A DNA stretch of 64,000 nt from Candidatus Kerfeldbacteria bacterium (lineage in GTDB: Bacteria > Patescibacteriota > Patescibacteriia > UBA9570 > XYC2-FULL-38-9), in assembly GCA_018500015.2 (NCBI GenBank), contig JAHBAR020000020.1, positions 29,981 through 93,980 of the forward strand. The letters run 5' to 3'. The notes below the pieces were generated by a model. It worked only from the letters and a program-made list of their open reading frames with translations. It ran no database searches and was not told the DNA's origin. Made by a program: the position numbers and the translations under genes. Of this stretch, positions 55,375 through 64,000 are shown in pieces; the stretch's first letter is position 1; each line of letters starts with the position of its first letter.

Positions 55375-57572
55375 TTTTTCTTGTACAGCTTTATTGCATC
55401 TTCACCTTTTGTAAGCGTGAGCGTATTGATGTCCAATACTGAGTATGTTGCTGTGATACTTATAACATCAGAAAAAGAAATTTTTGCGCCGTCTTGTGCA
55501 GTATAACTGAATTGATATGCGAGTTGTTGTGCACTATCCGTCCGCGGAGGGACAAACAATACAACAGTATTGAGAGGGGTTTTTTGTTTATCTGATAAAC
55601 GAATTGTGGGATGAAGAACAACAAATACGCCCTTGGTATTTTGCATGAGCGAGCGTATATTCATCTCACCTGTTATCTCGTGATCGTTATCAACAAACAC
55701 CTTTGTGCTACGCAACCATGCGAGATTATCTATCACACTCCCTCCATCAAAATTGTTAAACTTATCATCATTAAGATGTTGTTTTCCTCGAACAGGTATA
55801 AGATTCCATTCATAGAGCATGAGATTGTCAACACTACGCTCAGGTTCAAGCGTCCACGCCTCATTAACAAATTCACGCACAACGCAGTCAGGCATTTCGG
55901 GCAATGTGCAATCCCATCTTTTTTGACGATACTCATCAGCCAAAAACCATGCGTGCGGATATGTACTTAAATCTGTAAAAAAAGATGTAGCCACCTCTTT
56001 TCTATCTTTTAAATTTCCATCCTCATCTTGCATGTATACAGCGTGAATGTTATCAGAAGTATTCTGCATAACATTCCAGATGCCTACATTATAAGAAAAC
56101 AGTCCATCATCTGGTTGTACAGTGATTGTTCGCAAGGCTTCGGCGTATGGATAATACAACTCATAAATTTGATCTTCACCTGAGCTTTGAGCATGCAGTA
56201 ATTCACGAAGATGCCCATATGGAATACACGCTAAGGTAAACATACTGCACCACACAAAAAAAACTGTGTGCGGCTTCATACGAGAAAATAGGCGTTGAGT
56301 TACAGTTGTCGCAATACGTGCATACACCCACACACCAATTGCGAAACATACTGTAATCAAAGGCAATACATGGTATCCATAACGAGGGCTAAAATAACGA
56401 TCAAAAAACCACAATTCAATAGCCGAAAACGCTGCCACGCCAACAACATATGCATATCGCGATGAAGAAAAAGCATAGACACACGCAACTGCAATAGCAA
56501 GCCCAATACCATAAAAAAATGCGGGCTGAGGAAGTTGATTGGTCAAAAATTGATAATACCCGCGCTCTTCAACGATCAATGCCTGAATATCAATATTGAA
56601 GGTAAATGCGTTGCGCAGTTGTCCAAGAAGATGAGGCATGCTCACAAGCACTACACAGCTCACACATACAAAAAGTAAAAAGAGAATAACAGAAGGGTCT
56701 CGAAGCGCTAGAGACGCATGTCCTTGACGCAGATTTTTGATACAGATATACACAACACGAACTAACAGCATGCCGCCTAAAATGGGTACATAGCCGAGAG
56801 TAAGCGAATGTACGGATACGGATAGCGAAAAAATGGCGATGCACGCGGCGCAAGCAGCCAGATAGGCCCTAACACGGAAACGCTCTGAGTAGATTGGTGG
56901 GGATGAAAATAGACGATATACAGCAAAAAGCAAGACCACGATCAATAGTTGCAACAGGTCATACATCCGGACATAGTGCGACATGATGATCGACCATGGA
57001 GAAAGGGCCAAAAAAAGGGCGACCATAAGCGCAATGCTCTGAGAAAAATATTTTTTAACAATCCATGTACACACAAAAAGCGTAACAATATTGATGCATA
57101 GATTCATCACCATACCTACTGTTGTGCTTTGCCCAAATATTCCTTGAGAAATAGCAAGCAACGCTGTGTACACAATTCCACGAGAGTATTCAGGGAAGCT
57201 GCCATGAAGCATCTGTTGTGCAGCTAAAAAATGATAAAAAGAATCAACAGGAAGCACTCCAATCGGCAACACCCATACACGTATACTCACAGCAAGTACA
57301 ACAATACTTGCAAACACTGCATAGAAAAAAAGTGAGGGTGTTTTTTTGGTGAGCTGGGGGGCTGAAGTATTTCGAAGTGCAACGTAACCCAAAATAACGC
57401 CCGCGCCGCCAAATATCATTGGCACATATGCAGGGAGGATAAAAGACGCATATGAGAATACGAGCGCAGCAATGCCGACCAACACTACACCAATGCGCGC
57501 CAGTGTGGACACAAAAGAAGCAGAACGAACGTTATCAGTGCGATGTATCATGCAATTGTATTTTAGACTCAA
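55371..57572 (-). CDS. Large polytopic membrane protein, putative GT-C fold glycosyltransferase
   Basis: 733 aa with about 14 TM segments. First-loop motif LPVDSFYHFLAAQ. A soluble C-terminal domain of about 250 aa follows. The start may be MIHRTDN at 57551. Confidence 0.45.
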   Translation of the reverse strand: MSLKYNCMIHRTDNVRSASFVSTLARIGVVLVGIAALVFSYASFILPAYVPMIFGGAGVILGYVALRNTSAPQLTKKTPSLFFYAVFASIVVLAVSIRVWVLPIGVLPVDSFYHFLAAQQMLHGSFPEYSRGIVYTALLAISQGIFGQSTTVGMVMNLCINIVTLFVCTWIVKKYFSQSIALMVALFLALSPWSIIMSHYVRMYDLLQLLIVVLLFAVYRLFSSPPIYSERFRVRAYLAACAACIAIFSLSVSVHSLTLGYVPILGGMLLVRVVYICIKNLRQGHASLALRDPSVILFLLFVCVSCVVLVSMPHLLGQLRNAFTFNIDIQALIVEERGYYQFLTNQLPQPAFFYGIGLAIAVACVYAFSSSRYAYVVGVAAFSAIELWFFDRYFSPRYGYHVLPLITVCFAIGVWVYARIATTVTQRLFSRMKPHTVFFVWCSMFTLACIPYGHLRELLHAQSSGEDQIYELYYPYAEALRTITVQPDDGLFSYNVGIWNVMQNTSDNIHAVYMQDEDGNLKDRKEVATSFFTDLSTYPHAWFLADEYRQKRWDCTLPEMPDCVVREFVNEAWTLEPERSVDNLMLYEWNLIPVRGKQHLNDDKFNNFDGGSVIDNLAWLRSTKVFVDNDHEITGEMNIRSLMQNTKGVFVVLHPTIRLSDKQKTPLNTVVLFVPPRTDSAQQLAYQFSYTAQDGAKISFSDVISITATYSVLDINTLTLTKGEDAIKLYKKN

Positions 57573-57586
57573 AGGCTAGTATAGCA

Positions 57587-58714
57587 CTATTTGCTTTGAA
57601 ACACCCGCGCATAGAGGGCTTTAGTGTGCTTTGTCACCTCCTCCCATCCCATTGACAATGCATACTCACGATTTTTTTTCTTCATCTCCTCCAACTCTTG
57701 TGGGTGTGTGTATGTATATTCCAAAAATGAATAAATACTTTCTGAATCGCGCTTGGGAATGATTTTACCACCAGCAACCAAATATTGCGCATCACCTGTG
57801 TTTGTGGCAAGCACCGCGAGCCCCGAGCTCATCGCTTCTAACAAAGAGTTACTCATCCCTTCATTCATTGAAGGGAGCACAAATACATCAGACTCATGAT
57901 ACAGCTCAAGCATTTTTTCATGAGGCACCGCGCCAAAGAATGTGATTGCCTCAACAGCATTGGTATCTTGAGAAAATGATTTTAGTTGCTCCATGTCCTC
58001 ACCTTCACCAGCAATATACAAACGAGAATGAGGGTATTGTGAATGAAAACGCCCAAACCCTTCGATTAAATAGCGAATGCCTTTACGCTCAACAAGGCGC
58101 GATGTAGAAATAACAGTAAATGGTCGATCAGAACGCTCTTGCGGAACAAAGTCTTGTGTGTAGACACCATTGCGCAACACTTCAATATTTTGCTCTGGCG
58201 CAACACGCAAGGCCAACTCTTTCAAACCTTCTGATGTTGATGTCACAGCTACAGCATCTTTCCAAATGCGCTTGCTCAGGTGTGCAAAAAAAAGTATGTC
58301 CAGCCAAAAGTACTTTTTATTATAAAATGGCACATCGCTTCCACGCAAGCTGACAATGTAAGGTAATCGTAATTTACGTGCGATGTATCCACATGGAATG
58401 CCAAAGTAGGCATGTACACCATCGTAGACATGCTGCGCTCGTAACTTTTTGGCTTTAGCATATGCCGCAAAACTGTACCACAACAGGTCAATATTAGACT
58501 GCTTATGCAAGGAGCCGCGTTTGTGAATATTGACGTAGTAAATTGTGATGCGATCGCTAAAATGCTCAACACGATCAGCGCCAATAGATGAGGTGACTAC
58601 GTCAATGGTCGTCTCCGAGTTGGTGCGACGAAACTCTTTGAGAATCTGCAATGTTGCATTTGCAGCACCACCGCCAAGTGGAGGAAATTCATAATTCAAC
58701 AAAAGTAACCGCAT
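57587..58714 (-). CDS. Glycosyltransferase family 4
   Basis: Start at MRLLLLNYEFPPLGGGAANAT. C-terminal NEGMSNSLLEAMSSGLAVLATNTGD. Confidence 0.8.
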   Translation of the reverse strand: MRLLLLNYEFPPLGGGAANATLQILKEFRRTNSETTIDVVTSSIGADRVEHFSDRITIYYVNIHKRGSLHKQSNIDLLWYSFAAYAKAKKLRAQHVYDGVHAYFGIPCGYIARKLRLPYIVSLRGSDVPFYNKKYFWLDILFFAHLSKRIWKDAVAVTSTSEGLKELALRVAPEQNIEVLRNGVYTQDFVPQERSDRPFTVISTSRLVERKGIRYLIEGFGRFHSQYPHSRLYIAGEGEDMEQLKSFSQDTNAVEAITFFGAVPHEKMLELYHESDVFVLPSMNEGMSNSLLEAMSSGLAVLATNTGDAQYLVAGGKIIPKRDSESIYSFLEYTYTHPQELEEMKKKNREYALSMGWEEVTKHTKALYARVFQSK

Positions 58715-58801
58715 ATCGACTTGTAGGATACCACACCTCTTCAAATCACGAAACGATTGACAATGTCATGAAAAAATAGGATAGTATGTGGCGAAATACA
58801 T

Positions 58802-59752
58802 ATGCGCATTCTTGTCACCGGCGTCGCCGGATTTATTGGATCTCACCTCACGGACCGCCTACTCGAGCTTGGACACGAGGTTATTGGTATTGATAATTTC
58901 AACGACTACTACAACCCTCTCTATAAAGAAGAGAATATCGCGACGGCTCTCAAACATCCAAAATTCACACTCCATCGCGTTGACATCTGCGACCAAGCAG
59001 AGGTTGAACGGATTGTTCAAACACAACACATCGATACTGTTATTCATTTAGCGGCGCAAGCAGGGGTTCGTATTTCCATTCAACAACCGATGCGTGCATA
59101 CAAAAATAACGTCGAAGGAACACTCGTCGTGTTCGAAGCGGCACGCAAAGCTGGCATTCACGACATCATCTACGCATCATCTTCATCTGTGTACGGCAAT
59201 CAACCTACTGCTCCATTCTCAGAAACCCTGAATGTCGACAACCCAATCTCCCCATACGCTGCAACCAAAAAAGCAAATGAGCTGTTGGCCCACACGTATC
59301 ATCATCTCTACAAAATGAATATGACTGGTTTGCGCTTTTTTACGGTGTATGGAGAGCGTGGTCGACCAGATATGTCGCCATACCTGTTTGCTGATGCGAT
59401 TGTACACGACCGTCCAATTGCGAAGTTCGGTGATGGTACAAGCTTGCGTGATTTTACCTATGTTGCCGACATTGTCTCGGGTATTGTTGCGTGTATGCAA
59501 AAAAATCTTGGCTATCAAATTTTCAACCTTGGAAACTCACAGCCGATTACTCTCAATGCATACATCGCAACCTTTGAGCGTGTCACTGCAAAAAAAGCAC
59601 TCATCGATCAAAAGCCCATGCAGCCGGGCGATGTATTCATGACTGCCGCAGACACAGCTAAAGCACAATCAATGCTCGGGTGGCACCCAACGACCTCACT
59701 TGAGCAAGGCCTTACACGATTCATTCAATGGTTTAAGATACACCGTCTATGA
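58802..59752 (+). CDS. NAD-dependent UDP-glucuronate 4-epimerase-like SDR (CapI/LpsL-type)
   Basis: MRILVTGVAGFIGSHL...IDNFNDYYNP...SSSSVYG...YAATKKANELLAHTYHHLY...GLRFFTVYGERGRPDM. Confidence 0.75.
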   Translation: MRILVTGVAGFIGSHLTDRLLELGHEVIGIDNFNDYYNPLYKEENIATALKHPKFTLHRVDICDQAEVERIVQTQHIDTVIHLAAQAGVRISIQQPMRAYKNNVEGTLVVFEAARKAGIHDIIYASSSSVYGNQPTAPFSETLNVDNPISPYAATKKANELLAHTYHHLYKMNMTGLRFFTVYGERGRPDMSPYLFADAIVHDRPIAKFGDGTSLRDFTYVADIVSGIVACMQKNLGYQIFNLGNSQPITLNAYIATFERVTAKKALIDQKPMQPGDVFMTAADTAKAQSMLGWHPTTSLEQGLTRFIQWFKIHRL

Positions 59753-60678
59753 AATATTCCGTCATCGTCCCTGTCTACAATGAAGAAGCAAACATTGCTT
59801 CGCTGCATCGCGATATTGTTTCAACAATGGAAAAACTCCATGCACCGTTTGAAATTATTTTTATCAACGATGGAAGTTCTGATAATACACAAAAAGTACT
59901 CGAGACACTCTCTCCTGTGACAGTGATTACGATGCGTAAAAATTTTGGACAAACTGCGGCGATGGACGCGGGCATCAAGCAAGCCACAGGCGAAATTATT
60001 ATCACGCTTGATGGCGATGGACAAAATCCTCCATCCGAAATTCCAAAATTGCTCGAGGTCATGGAGCACAAAGGAGTTGATATTGTTTCTGGGTGGCGAA
60101 AAAAACGTCGCGATCCATTTCTGAAACGCTTTGTGTCACGCGGCGCATATGGATTACGCAGCATCTTTGTCAAAGATCAAATTCATGACTCCGGCTGCTC
60201 ACTGAAAGCATATAAACGCTTCTGTTTTGACGGGATTGATTTGTATGGCGAAATGCATCGTTTCATCCCTGCAATGTTGAGTTGGTCTGGCTTTACCGTA
60301 TCCGAAGTACCCATTGAACATCGTGAGCGTGTGCATGGTGTCTCAAAGTACAATTGGCGACGCGTCATTAAAGGCTTTATTGATATGCTCTTTATCTGGT
60401 TCTGGCGCAAATACGCCGCTCGTCCACTCCACCTTCTTGGTATGCTCAGCATTGTCTTAGGCACTGGCGGCATCGCTCTCGCTCTGTGGGTATTCATACG
60501 ACGCGTCATTCTTCAGATCTCTCTTGCAAACAGCACCATGCCTATGATCAGCCTATTCTGCATTGTTCTTGCTGGTCAATTTTTTGTCTCAGGCTTAATT
60601 TTAGATGTTGTGATGAAGCAATATTACGGTAACAGCAACAAACGCTACTACTCCATTCGCTCAGTAACTCAACGATAA
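59749..60678 (+). CDS. GT2 polyprenyl-phosphate glycosyltransferase (ArnC/GtrB/DPM1-like)
   Basis: YSVIVPVYNEEANI...IIFINDGSSDNT...ITLDGDGQNPP, plus two C-terminal TM helices. Confidence 0.8.
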   Translation: MKYSVIVPVYNEEANIASLHRDIVSTMEKLHAPFEIIFINDGSSDNTQKVLETLSPVTVITMRKNFGQTAAMDAGIKQATGEIIITLDGDGQNPPSEIPKLLEVMEHKGVDIVSGWRKKRRDPFLKRFVSRGAYGLRSIFVKDQIHDSGCSLKAYKRFCFDGIDLYGEMHRFIPAMLSWSGFTVSEVPIEHRERVHGVSKYNWRRVIKGFIDMLFIWFWRKYAARPLHLLGMLSIVLGTGGIALALWVFIRRVILQISLANSTMPMISLFCIVLAGQFFVSGLILDVVMKQYYGNSNKRYYSIRSVTQR

Positions 60679-60681
60679 TCC

Positions 60682-62793
60682 ATGACCTTCGCTCGCCTCG
60701 TGAATAGTCGACTGTTTCACGGCGCTTTTTTTATTACTCTCCTTGCCACAACATCAACACTTGTCTCATTTTTTTTCAATAACCAACTGTCGATTCCGGT
60801 TGCATGGGCGTGGGTGTGGACCATGTGCGCATACGGCATCTATGGACTCATTCCAATTGCCTACATCATTGAACGTAAGCTCCCTCTTGAAAAGCGGCAA
60901 GCACTCACTGTATTTCGAGTGATGTTTTTTTCCCTCGTACTCCCCCTTCTCGCATTTATCGTTCAATGGTTTTCGGAAGGTAAAGCGTTGCTCATCGCAC
61001 TTGCTTGTATTGTGCCGGCGTGTATATACATCCTTGCATATGATGCTATTACTGCAGTGTATGAAGAAAAAAAAGAGCACACAGTAAAAAAACAATCTCA
61101 AACTTCTTCTCGCAAAAAAAAGATGTACCTGCTGATCCTCTGCTGTGTGATTGTCCTTGGCGCACTCTTGCGAGGATATAACGCTTACACAAGCCAACTT
61201 GATGGAGATGAGGGAAATTACCTCTATGACGCTCTCCATATCGCACGCGGCTTTTCACCAGACGAACAATTCCAAGTACGAAGCCTCTCATATATCTATC
61301 CATTATCATGGTGGCTGCAACTCACTCATGCGCATACGATTGTTCCGGCAAGAATTTTTTTCGTAGGTATTTTTATTCTTTCTGCCTTACTTCTTGCAGG
61401 AAGCGTGTGGCTGATGTTGAAATCACGCAAAGCTGTCCTCATTGCGACCGCATTGTATGCCATAAGCCCGTTCGCTGCATACATTGGATCAATTCTCAAA
61501 ACAGAACCCATGCAGGAGTTTTATCATCTTGTTGTTCTGTTTTTTGGCTTGCTTGTATTTTTGAAAAAAAAATGGTGGGCGATTATTCCGCTGGTCATTG
61601 GTGTGGTTGGCGACATTCTTGTACGACCATCGTCAACGCTCTTTCTTCTGTTTTTGTTGTGCGTACTTCTCTACTGCGTGGTTGAACGCTCCCGTTTTCG
61701 AGCCTTAGTACATCCGCGATCTTTACCAATTGTGTTGTGGGCACTCTCCACTGCGCTCTTTGGTGGGGCCGTTTACGCATTTCATATAAGCAGTTATCTT
61801 CAGCGACTCTTTCCCTCCATACACTTCTTTATCCACGGCGACTTACTGCAACATACTAAACTCATCATTGCTACAATCAACGACATCTCGCGTATTGGTT
61901 CACGCGTTCTTCTTCTTGAATACGGCATGATGCTTATCCTTGTGTTCGCAAGCATGCTTTGGTTAGCGCGCACTCGCGCAGCGCGATACGGGTTATGGGC
62001 AATATACACAGCATTACTTGGGTACATAATCCACGGACTTGTTCAATTTGAACAGATACAACATGCATCATCGTTACGCTGGGCAGCGGTGGTGTGTATA
62101 GGAATCTCAGCACTGAGCAGCGTCATCTACACCCTCTACCTCAGTATAAAAAATAAGATCACTTCCACGCACAGCCGTTTTCTTTGGGCCGTGTGGAGCT
62201 ACTTCTCTATACTCATAGCATTCTACACTGTCTTCAATCGCTATTACGTTTCATATGTGTATGAATTACTTCTGTGTTTTGTGCTCCTAGCAACATATGT
62301 ATGCATCCAATGTCTAAATAACCGAATACTGCTTTCGACACTCTGCATAGGCATACTGACATCCAGCCTCATTGCCTTCTTTATCTTTTTCCCGGCAACT
62401 CGAGATAATCTACTCATTGAAAAATATCACTTTCGCAATCACTCAATCGAGAGTATTACAAAAATATCAGGATTTATTGCTGGGTCTACTCAACCACATG
62501 AAGAAATTTTTTCCGGCAACACCATCTTTGTTGCGAATGCCAATCGTATTCTTGCAATGAACATTTCACATCCAGAGTTTGATTACCACGATTACCCTAC
62601 AGAAGAAAAAGAAGAGAAGCTCCTGAACTACCTTCAACAAGATTCTATTCAATACGCTATTCTCGATTACAAAATGCGTTTTTTCTATTTTGAAAAAAAT
62701 AAACGCATCAAAAAATATCTTCGCAATTTCTTTACTCCGGTATATATTGATAGCGCAAACGATATTCAAATTTTGAAAAAAAATCCGCTATGA
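60682..62793 (+). CDS. GT-C fold membrane glycosyltransferase (ArnT/GT39/PMT_2-like)
   Basis: 703 aa, multi-TM. First-loop motif LDGDEGNYLYDALHIARG. It lies directly after the ArnC-like gene. Confidence 0.65.
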   Translation: MTFARLVNSRLFHGAFFITLLATTSTLVSFFFNNQLSIPVAWAWVWTMCAYGIYGLIPIAYIIERKLPLEKRQALTVFRVMFFSLVLPLLAFIVQWFSEGKALLIALACIVPACIYILAYDAITAVYEEKKEHTVKKQSQTSSRKKKMYLLILCCVIVLGALLRGYNAYTSQLDGDEGNYLYDALHIARGFSPDEQFQVRSLSYIYPLSWWLQLTHAHTIVPARIFFVGIFILSALLLAGSVWLMLKSRKAVLIATALYAISPFAAYIGSILKTEPMQEFYHLVVLFFGLLVFLKKKWWAIIPLVIGVVGDILVRPSSTLFLLFLLCVLLYCVVERSRFRALVHPRSLPIVLWALSTALFGGAVYAFHISSYLQRLFPSIHFFIHGDLLQHTKLIIATINDISRIGSRVLLLEYGMMLILVFASMLWLARTRAARYGLWAIYTALLGYIIHGLVQFEQIQHASSLRWAAVVCIGISALSSVIYTLYLSIKNKITSTHSRFLWAVWSYFSILIAFYTVFNRYYVSYVYELLLCFVLLATYVCIQCLNNRILLSTLCIGILTSSLIAFFIFFPATRDNLLIEKYHFRNHSIESITKISGFIAGSTQPHEEIFSGNTIFVANANRILAMNISHPEFDYHDYPTEEKEEKLLNYLQQDSIQYAILDYKMRFFYFEKNKRIKKYLRNFFTPVYIDSANDIQILKKNPL

Positions 62794-63809
62794 ATGCACA
62801 CCAGAAAAAGATGCTCAATATTGTTGGTACGCTCCTAGGGATTGGGATGTTGATTTGGTTTTTCACTCTTATTTCATTTCATGATCTTATTGAAGGCATA
62901 CAAGAATTATCATGGGGCATTATTGCTCTCACCGCTTTACTCAGTCTTCTATCCTATTATTTTCGTGCAGCCCGTTTTTACCATCCACTCAACAAACGTA
63001 TTCCGATGTATGATCTGTTCATCATTTCGCTAATTCATACCTTTACAAATACAGCTCTTCCCGCGCGCTCCGGAGAGTTTTCGTTCTTATACTACGGCAA
63101 AAAATATTCTGGATTACCGCTTGGATACCTTACGTCATCGCTTGTGTTTATTCGATACATTGAACTGTTTGTTTTGGCAAGCTCTTTTCCCATCATGCTG
63201 GCATTTGTCCCTACGCGGAACGCCATTTTTACTTCGCTCTATTATGCCTCCGGAGTATTGTGCATCCTCATGATTATTGGTTTTATCTTTGCACTACTGT
63301 ACCAAAAACATATTCTCACTTGGCTGAATAAGCAGATTTCAACATCAAAGATAAAAAAATACGCCGTGCGTTTCTTCATCCATTTTTTCGAAATGCTTCG
63401 TGATGTTTCAGCACGTCCAACACACATTGCATGGTGCTTTTTCTATACCGTACTTGTATGGTATACAGCCTTTTTTTCAACGTATCTTCTTGTGCTCGCA
63501 TTGGACATCCCTTTCAACTTTGCACAGTCAACATTGAGCGGTTTGTTTGTAATTCTCACCGGACTCTTGCCCATTAGTGGGTTTATGGGCATTGGATTGT
63601 GGGAAGGCGCATGGGTCATTGCGCTTACCTTACAAGGTGTTGACCATGAAGTTGCGATCACGAGTGGGATTGTCATGCATGCGCTGCGAGCACTTCTCCT
63701 AGTCATCTTTGGCGGCCTCGGTTTTACTCTTCACCACTTTAGGAAAGAGCCTGTAGTAACTCCCGAGCCGCACGATCAGACTCCTCAGCCACACAGCGAC
63801 GTTGCATAA
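62790..63809 (+). CDS. UPF0104 / LPG-synthase-TM-like flippase-like membrane protein
   Basis: 339 aa with about 8 TM segments. The N-terminus KKMLNIVGTLLGIGMLIWFF...YYFRAARF is typical of the family. Confidence 0.55.
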   Translation: MNAHQKKMLNIVGTLLGIGMLIWFFTLISFHDLIEGIQELSWGIIALTALLSLLSYYFRAARFYHPLNKRIPMYDLFIISLIHTFTNTALPARSGEFSFLYYGKKYSGLPLGYLTSSLVFIRYIELFVLASSFPIMLAFVPTRNAIFTSLYYASGVLCILMIIGFIFALLYQKHILTWLNKQISTSKIKKYAVRFFIHFFEMLRDVSARPTHIAWCFFYTVLVWYTAFFSTYLLVLALDIPFNFAQSTLSGLFVILTGLLPISGFMGIGLWEGAWVIALTLQGVDHEVAITSGIVMHALRALLLVIFGGLGFTLHHFRKEPVVTPEPHDQTPQPHSDVA

Positions 63810-64000
63810 TACGCGCATCATCAAGACGAGCCTGAACATACGCAAGAGATTTTTCGATCTTGCCTACTTCGGTGTACGGCACAACCGCGTGGGGAGCAAC
63901 ATGAGGATTGTAACGTGAAAGCAGTTCAATATACTGGTCAACTTTGCGCGCATAACTCAACACCACGCATGGCGTATGCGCAATTGTTGAGAGAATAGCA
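63739..64000 (-). CDS. C-terminal fragment of an unidentified gene entering from the right edge
   Basis: The reading frame stays open to position 64000 (...AILSTIAHTPCVVLSYARKVDQYIELLSRYNPH...). I recognise no family. It has a 71-nt convergent overlap with the previous gene. Confidence 0.4.
   Translation of the reverse strand, partial: AILSTIAHTPCVVLSYARKVDQYIELLSRYNPHVAPHAVVPYTEVGKIEKSLAYVQARLDDARIMQRRCVAEESDRAARELLQALS

Noticed and set aside
1-64000. Alternative genetic code (UGA recoding), CRISPR arrays, transposases/integrases, rRNA genes
   Set aside because: Long uninterrupted ORFs with normal family lengths are obtained with the standard code. I saw no repeat-spacer structure, no recombinase-like protein and no rRNA-like sequence while reading the window.

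Overview
The window is a gene-dense stretch with about 45-50% GC by eye, standard genetic code and sigma70-type promoters. It looks like a reduced-genome, possibly Patescibacteria/CPR-like, bacterium; that assignment is inference from gene content only. Most of it falls into four blocks. (1) A minus-strand surface-glycan locus at 1-9560 and 17080-21358 encodes a DUF4012 protein, GT2 and GT4 transferases, Wzy-like, Wzx and Wzz-like proteins and a WbaP-like priming transferase. It is interrupted by a ribosomal/core block (infA-rpmJ-rpsM-rpsK-rpsD-rpoA-rplQ-rplM-rpsI), an unusual Clp-type ATPase and a NUDIX gene. (2) Housekeeping genes follow: RNase P RNA, alaS, mnmA, gyrB, mraY, rpmA, rplJ-rplL with leader, and tRNA-Thr. 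They are mixed with signalling genes (a tandem-GGDEF protein, a GAF histidine kinase) and a CDP-archaeol-synthase-like gene. (3) A small AT-richer RhuM/Doc(Fic) island is bracketed by two near-identical hairpins. (4) A second glycan region at 44174-64000 contains three large GT-C membrane transferases and a UDP-GlcA-epimerase/ArnC-like/ArnT-like module. It also holds the most unusual feature: a plus-strand operon joining a HupE nickel permease and larE-larB-larC (nickel-pincer nucleotide cofactor synthesis) to an adenylating ligase, a flippase, a GT4 and a DUF362 protein, with no LarA in the window. No CRISPR array, transposase, integrase or rRNA was found. All protein calls rest on motif recognition by eye, and no database search was run.
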